Shown piece after piece: positions 56,830-64,000 of a stretch of DNA of 64,000 nt. The first letter of the stretch is position 1. Each line of letters starts with the position of its first letter. The notes under the pieces are model-generated. The model saw only the letters and a list, made by a program, of their open reading frames with translations. It did no database searches and had not been told where the DNA came from. Source of the stretch: Eledone cirrhosa (Eukaryota); the NCBI GenBank assembly GCA_964016885.1, contig OZ024749.1, positions 25,420,001 through 25,484,000 of the forward strand. The letters are read 5' to 3'. The position numbers were made by a program, and so were the translations under genes.

Positions 56830-57249
56830 TAAACAAATAATGAACAAACAATTCCTTATATTAAACAAAAAAAGTTCATTATTTAACGATCGTTTCTAGG
56901 ATATATATGTGTTATAATTGGTATGCATATTCAACAGATCTATGTACAAAATTATACAAAATTGATAATTTGTATAATTTTGTATAATTTTGTACATAGA
57001 TCTGTTGAATATGCATACCAATTATAACACATATATATCCTAGAAACGATCGTTAAATAATGAACTTTTTTTGTTTAATATAAGGAATTGTTTGTTCATT
57101 ATTTGTTTAATATTTTATCTTGACTCTGTATACCGTTTATCTTTCACCGAAAGTCGTTTTTCATTGCATCTCTTCTTTCCATGATATCCGGAATACATTG
57201 AGTTCTTCATACGGATTGGACACTACCGTAAACTCTTGGTAGATTTATC

Positions 57250-57252
<3 letters not shown>
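56821..57252. repeat. Near-perfect hairpin insertion (arms of about 143 bp) plus tail, in (TA)n
   Basis: 56821-56963 is the reverse complement of about 56976-57118. Confidence 0.9.
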
Positions 57253-57294
<42 letters not shown>

Positions 57295-57601
57295 TTATAT
57301 ATGTATATTTACTTATATATATATATACTTGTATATGTATATATAAGATTATATAATATATATACAGTTCCACTATTTATACCATATGTATATAAACAAG
57401 AAACTGTTTTTAACATTTTTTATTTTGTTTCCTATCAATTTTTTATAAATACTTTATCAATGTTTTTCATATTTTCATAAATAGTTTTATGAAAAATTAC
57501 CATATATTTACTAACGCCGTCGACATTCCAATTCCTTCTGTGTCTCATCTCTAATCTAAACACGATATTAATGCAACATGTTATCATTGTATTATACAAT
57601 G

Positions 57602-57667
<66 letters not shown>

Positions 57668-57869
57668 TCCACACGTTAATGGTATTTTCATTGTTTTACC
57701 ATTTTCATAAAGATGTTATTTTCTCGCAATGTTTCACGCCTTATTTTTGTCATCTACAATTTAAACATGATATAAATGCAGCTTGTTATCTTAGTAAGTA
57801 GAGTATTATAGTATATAATATCATATTCGTGTTAATGTTATTGTCATTATAATGCTAATTTCAATGTCT

Positions 57870-58160
57870 GTGGATTGGCAGCTTTGGCAGAGTGTCGGAG
57901 AATATGCTTCGCTGCATAGCGTTACGGATCTTTACATTATGAGTTCAAACCCCGACATGGATAACTTGCCTTTCATCCTCACAGAGTCATTAAAATAAAG
58001 TACCGTTATGATATTTCCAATGGGTGTGGATTGAAAATTCCAGTACAGCGCCGGACAACATGCTTCATGGCTTAGAGTTATGGCTCTTTATTTTCCGAGT
58101 TCAATTCCCGTCATGGTTAGCTTTGACGTTTGTCCTCACAGTTGACATAAAATAAATCAT
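57870..58160 (+). mobile_element. Two degenerate SINE family 1 copies
   Basis: gagttcaaacccc..cctttcatcctcacagagtc and gagttcaattccc. Confidence 0.6.
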
Positions 58161-58169
58161 TATGACATT

Positions 58170-60190
58170 TTTGAAGGCTGTGATAATTTATTCTATATTG
58201 AGAATACATCAGTATATCAGTGGTTTTACCTGTGTATAATACCCAAGTATGTATATTATAGTGAGGATACAGCATAGTGTTATAACTGTGAGCATGTATT
58301 ATATATAGAGGATACATCATAGTGATATTACTGAGAGCAAGTATTTTATATTGACGATAAAACATACTTTATAACTGGTTCGAGCGGTGTTAAATATCAC
58401 AGTGTGATAACTGTGAGATTATATATTATATTGAGAATACAGCATAATTTTATATCTGAGAGCATGTATTCTATATTGAAGATACAACAGTATATAAATG
58501 GTTTTAGCTGTATTAAATATCATAGTGTGATAACTGTGAACTTATATATTATATTGATAATTGTTTCTATTTTGGGCACAAGGCCAGCAATTACCCAGTG
58601 CATTACTGGTACTTTATTTTATCGACCCCGTAAGGATGAAAGGCAAAGTCAACCTCGGCGGGATTTGAACTCAGATCATAAAGGGACGTAACTATGCTGG
58701 AAAGCATGGCGTCCGACACACTACCGATACTGCCAATCCACCACCTGTCGATTATTATATTATATTATATTGAGGATACAGCCTAATGTTATATCTGAGA
58801 GCATGTATTCTCTATTGAAGATACAACCGTATATAAATTGTTTTAGCTGTGTTAAATATCACAGTGTGATAACTGTGAACATATATATTATATTGAGAAT
58901 ACAGCATAATTTTATATCTGAGAGCATCTATTCTATATTGAGGATACAACATTATATAAATGGTTTTAACTGTGTTAAATATCATAGTGTGATAACTGTG
59001 AGATTATATATTATATTGAGAATACAGCATAATGTTATATCTGAGAGTATGTATTCTATATTGAGGATACAACATTATATAAATGGTTTTAGCTGTGTTA
59101 AATATCATAGTGTGATAACTGTGAGATTATATATTATATTAAGAATATAGCATAATATTATAATTGAGAGCATCTATTCTATATTGAGGACACAACAGTA
59201 TATAAATGGTTTTAGCTGTGTTAAATAGCATAGTGTGATAACCATGAGCATCTGTTTTATATTGGGGCTACCTCCTAGTTTATAAGCGGCTTGTTTGTGT
59301 GTAATATCATAGTATGATAACAGTGAGCATGTATATTATCCTGGGGATACAGAATAATGTTATAACTGAGAGCAGGTATTTTATACTGAGAAGACAGTAG
59401 TAAATGAGTGGTTTTACCTGTGTGTAACACCCAAGTGCGATTACCGTAAGCATGCATTATATATTGAGGATACATCATAGTTTATAAATGGCTCTACCTC
59501 TGTATAAAAATATATTTTTATATTGAGGATACAACATGCTTTGTAATTAGTTAGAGTGTGTTTAATATCATAGTGTGATAACTGTGAGCTCGTATATTAT
59601 ATTGAGAATAAAACATAGTGTTATAACTGAGAACATATATTTTATATTAGGGATACAACATACTTTATAAGTTGCTTTAACTGTATTTAATAGCATCGTG
59701 TGATAACCATGAGCATGTATATTATATAGAGGATACATCATAGTTCTATAAACGTGAGCATGTATTTTATATTGAGGATACATTATAGTTTATAAATGTC
59801 TCTACCTGTGTATAATATCATAGTGTGATAACTGTGTGCATCTGTTATATATTGAGGATACAACAGTATATGAGTGGCTTTATTTGTGTATTATACCCTA
59901 GTGCTATAACTGTGATCATATTATATTGATGATACAACATAGTGTTATAACCACGAGCATGTATTTTTATATTGAGAATACAACATGGTGTTATAACCAC
60001 GAGCATGTATGTCATATTGAGGATACAACATAGTGTTATAACCGCGGGCTTGTAGTTTATATTGAGGATACAACATAGTGTTATAAACGCGGGCTTGTAG
60101 TTTATATTGAGGATACAACATAGTGTTATAACCGCGAGCATGTATTTTATATTCGGAATACAACATAATGTGTATGTGGCTTGTTTGACT
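58170..60190. repeat. Satellite built on tatattgaggatacaaca..gtgttataac subunits of about 39 bp, with a 123-bp higher-order period; interrupted by a SINE
   Basis: 123-bp period at 58771, 58894, 59017; period of about 39-40 bp at 59920-60170. Confidence 0.8.
58557..58745 (-). mobile_element. SINE family 1, full-length, inserted in the satellite
   Basis: Complete head-to-tail match to the family consensus. Confidence 0.85.
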
Positions 60191-60534
60191 TTACCTATTT
60201 CATTGACAGTTTCATTTCTTGCACTGAATTGCTTTCTCAAGTCTCCATAGCTCGATCAACTAATTCAATGTGATGGCCCTTCTGCATCACAAGTAATTAT
60301 GTTATTCTATAGAACTATGTTGGATGCAACGTATGTGGAGTCCACAGTCTGTGTGCGCTGTGAATGTAACGGCCATACAACCATTTATGTAAGCTAATAC
60401 ATAGAATAATTAAGTGAAATATGATAAACGTACTTTTACAGTGACGGAGTTAATGGTACCCAAACACAAAACGAGTGAGCGTGAGAGAAAGAGAAAGCGG
60501 GGGTGAGAGAGAGAATCATATATGTGTGTTCTTG

Positions 60535-60617
<83 letters not shown>

Positions 60618-60621
<4 letters not shown>

Positions 60622-61158
60622 TCTAAAGTATGTCTTAAGACAGAAGGCTCATTTGGCCGGTACTTATCCCGGTTTCATGGCGTGAAGCGACTGAGAGTAC
60701 AAGACTCCCCCCTGGACAGGACGCCAGTCCATCGCAGAGTTAAACATCCAGCTATTGTTGGTACTCATTTTCAGGTGAGTAAACTGGAGCAACGTGAAAT
60801 GAAGTGTCTTACTCAGGGAAACAACACATCAGCGGGTCCGAGAATTGAACTCACAACCATTCGATTGCAAGCCTGTGAAGGCGCATGGCTTAGTGGTTGG
60901 AGCATTAGGCTTGCAATCGAATGGTTGTGAGTTCAATTCTCGGACTCGCTGATGTGTTGTTTCTCTGAGTAAGACACTTCATTTCACGTTGCTCCAGTTT
61001 ACTCAGCTGAAAATGAGTACCAGCAATAGCTGGAGGTTTAACCCTTCGATGGACTGGCGTCCTGTCCAGAGGCGAGTCTTGTACTCTTGTCGCTTCACGC
61101 CATGAAACCGGGATAAGTACCGGCCAAATGAGCCTTTTGTCTTAAGACAGACTTTAGA

Positions 61159-61163
<5 letters not shown>
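60618..61163. mobile_element. Head-to-head pair of SINE family 2 in (TA)n
   Basis: Full + copy at 60880-61163 (A box TGGCTTAGTGG, B box GAGTTCAATTC) and an inverted copy at 60618-60873; both end ...ctttagactta-(TA)n. Confidence 0.85.
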
Positions 61164-61222
<59 letters not shown>

Positions 61223-61239
61223 CAATATCAGTGTTCAAT

Positions 61240-61760
61240 ATCAAATATATAAGAACCCTAGAGAAAATATTTATTAAAATAACAGATTAAAGGTTAAGCA
61301 AAGAATCGCTGCTTTCACCCTTAACGGGATCTTCTGAAACTAAAAAAATCAATATGTGAACGCAGAAGTAAATATTTTGAAAACTTTTGTAACCGAAGGA
61401 CAACAGGAAGACGAAACTTTGGTTCGTGAAGACGTTCCCTGGCAATGGACGGAACAAAGCGAAGATAATACGTCGTTATGTGGACTGATGAGAACAATTA
61501 CACGCAGAGACAAAACCACGTTTATGGTATAAACGAAGTCGTAGACTAATATTCTAATTAGGAAGCCAAATGATTCTCGGCTTCAGATTTAAGAATAATG
61601 TAAATATATTAGTAGAACGAAAATAACAGAGATTGACCCAGGACTGCAGCTCCGTCAGCGAGACTGCGCAGAGAGAGAAAGAGAAATATACAAGACATAT
61701 CGGGTCGTCAAGCACGAAATTTGTAGAAATATCTAAAAGAAAAAAATGTCTACAAATTTC
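61240..61760 (-). mobile_element. Diverged PLE family A 3' UTR with hammerhead-like motif
   Basis: Reverse complement of about 910-1410. Confidence 0.75.
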
Positions 61761-61782
61761 ATACTAGACTACCCAATATATG

Positions 61783-61815
<33 letters not shown>

Positions 61816-61977
61816 GTAAGTATGTGTGTATACGTACATACATATATGAATACAGACGTACAGTAGCATGCATATATATATATATATACATATATACATA
61901 CAGGTACACATACATATATGCACGTATCAGTTTAGCGGACGCTTATTATAACGCTTATTATAATGTATGTGTACATG

Positions 61978-62051
<74 letters not shown>

Positions 62052-62163
62052 TGCTACTGTACGTCTGTATACATATATGTATGTACGTATACACACATAC
62101 TTACATTTAAGTAAGTGCCGTACTAAGAGTGAGAAATGAAATTTCGTTTTCATTTTATTTCAA

Positions 62164-62232
<69 letters not shown>

Positions 62233-62285
62233 ATATATATGTATATATATATATATGTGTGTGTGTATGTGTGTGTGTGTGTGTA

Positions 62286-62550
62286 AAATTACAACAGTGC
62301 CATAAACAGGTACTCAAGTTACGTTGGGTTCTGGGCCCCAATTTCTTCAGCATATCATGAGAGAAATAAAAAAAACGTTTTTATTTTTGTTTTTTATTTT
62401 TCTCATGGCATGCTGAAGAAATTGGGGCTCAGAGCCCAACGAAATTTGAGTACCTCTTTATGTCACTGTTGTAATTATTTATACTAAACTCGCCCTATGG
62501 ACTGAGTACTCTTACTCTTTGATATTTCCACTTAACTTTTACTTCAGTAT
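62286..62550. repeat. Hairpin insertion between microsatellites
   Basis: 62286-62372 is the reverse complement of about 62390-62477. Confidence 0.75.
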
Positions 62551-62566
62551 ATATATATATATGTTC

Positions 62567-62628
62567 AACGGCGGTGCCCCAGCATGGCCTCAGCCGGATG
62601 GCTGGAAAAGGTAAAAGAGTACAAGATT
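62567..62628 (+). mobile_element. SINE-like 3' tail fragment
   Basis: ggcggtgccccagcatggcc..agc..gctg resembles a repeat tail I recall as common in octopus genomes (from memory, not searched). Confidence 0.4.
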
Positions 62629-62697
62629 ATATACATATATATATGGGGGTTGTATCGCGAGAGACAGAGATGGAGATAGATAGAGAGATATATTGAT

Positions 62698-62789
<92 letters not shown>

Positions 62790-63541
62790 CAGTTTTGCTA
62801 AGATGTAGTGAGCGATTAACAGTTAGAATGTCTACTCATCAACTAACAACCGTTCCTATGTAATTTATCTACAGTTTTCTTAAAATGGCGGCATAAGTCT
62901 AACCACCATTTCTGAGAAACTGGGAAAGTTAATCATGTAATTCGACACGCGCTAACACCTACTCACAACAGTGCAAACGAATTTGAATGTCTCTCAACAT
63001 TAACGAAGCAAGAAATTAAATTCCACCTGTATCGTGACTTCTTAAAAATAAGCATCAACAACACCGTCCAATCATATATTAGATAAACCATCACGTGGAA
63101 ATTTGAAGCGGGTGGGGTTGCAGCACATTTAATAGAGTAACACCGCCCAGACTGGGCTGTAGTGTCTGTTCTCCTCTCCCTTTCTTTCGTTGCTTTATTC
63201 TTTCTTTTTTCCTTTTCTGTTTCCTTTTTCTTGTTTATCCTTTCCGTTAATTTTTATCTGTTGTTCACTTGTGGAATTTTTATTTTATAGTTGTTTATTA
63301 AAATATTTTAAATTTAATGAAGGATCTGATAAGACGGTCATTACGTGATGCGACACATATCAATAATAACCTTAATATAAGCACTCAATAAGGATACCTA
63401 CACGTGGCTTCTTGAACTGCTAGAAATTGTTGCCAGGTCCTCATTCAATCGTACCCTAAAAAAGGTAAATACACCCGGCTTGGGGTCAAAGATGGGATTT
63501 ACAATTGTTTCATGAATGGTCCCCTAATATAATTCTCATGT

Positions 63542-63612
<71 letters not shown>

Positions 63613-63680
63613 CAAATGCTTTGACCATGAATTGTTGGGCTGTGGATGGGACAATATATTGAGGCATTTGCTTATAAATG

Positions 63681-63728
63681 ATTGATTTTGATAAGTTCTA
63701 ATAAGAGACGAAACGATTGTAAATCAAT
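63681..63728 (+). ncRNA. Minimal hammerhead ribozyme, U3-A8 core variant
   Basis: attgatt-TTGATAA-gttct aata agagac-GAAA-cgattg-TA-aatcaat, with a 7-bp stem I. Confidence 0.7.
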
Positions 63729-64000
63729 ATTTAATGTAAAACCGTATTTGGTAATTACTTTAATAAATAATTTTCTTCATGCGTAATTATTGTTTTTAAC
63801 ACAATAGGATTTTGTACATGATGCTTGTTTGACAAATCTTTTATGGAAGTATGAAACATAGTCTTTTCTACTGGTTATTATAATAAAATACACTATTTCG
63901 ACTTCTCTACCTGCTCGTTTCAATAATAGAGTTACTCATCTCAAACAGATACATCATATATATATGCATAACAATTAGTCGTACGAATAAGTATGATTTC

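Noticed and set aside
58770-59150. Protein with 41-aa repeats
   Set aside because: It is a by-product of the 123-bp satellite period; neighbouring units contain stops.
60880-60950. Functional tRNA gene
   Set aside because: The acceptor and anticodon stems are poor and it runs directly into a SINE body, so it is a SINE head.
62780-63540. Host exon or promoter in the more complex sequence near the window end
   Set aside because: No ORF, recognisable domain or supportable splice pattern; it cannot be called without transcript data.

Overview
An AT-rich, microsatellite-saturated eukaryotic window, probably intergenic or intronic. I found no host-gene exon; most ORFs in the track are translations of (TA)n, (CA)n or (GA)n tracts. 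The SINE families and the repeat landscape suggest a cephalopod such as Octopus (inference). The real content is mobile DNA: five 5'-truncated Penelope-like element (PLE) pieces encoding GIY-YIG endonuclease, an R4/Dong-like LINE in a (TACA)n tract, RTE LINE relics, about 18 copies of a tRNA-derived SINE, a second SINE family, a non-autonomous Helitron, a Tc1/mariner-type MITE and several minisatellites. The main finding is a 5.3-kb array (36919-42246) of about 17 almost identical 310-bp units, each carrying a minimal type I hammerhead ribozyme inside a highly self-complementary unit. It is arranged as 11 units, a 4-nt hairpin turn, then 6 inverted units, all inserted in (TA)n, which fits a recently inserted non-LTR retrozyme (circular-RNA retroelement). 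Around it lie about 15 more hammerhead motifs of several families, including core variants, and more than 15 head-to-head hairpin insertions in (TA)n. Together these point to a PLE-driven, (TA)n-targeted system that mobilises ribozyme RNAs and possibly a SINE. All structures were read by eye, and the boundaries of degenerate repeats are approximate.
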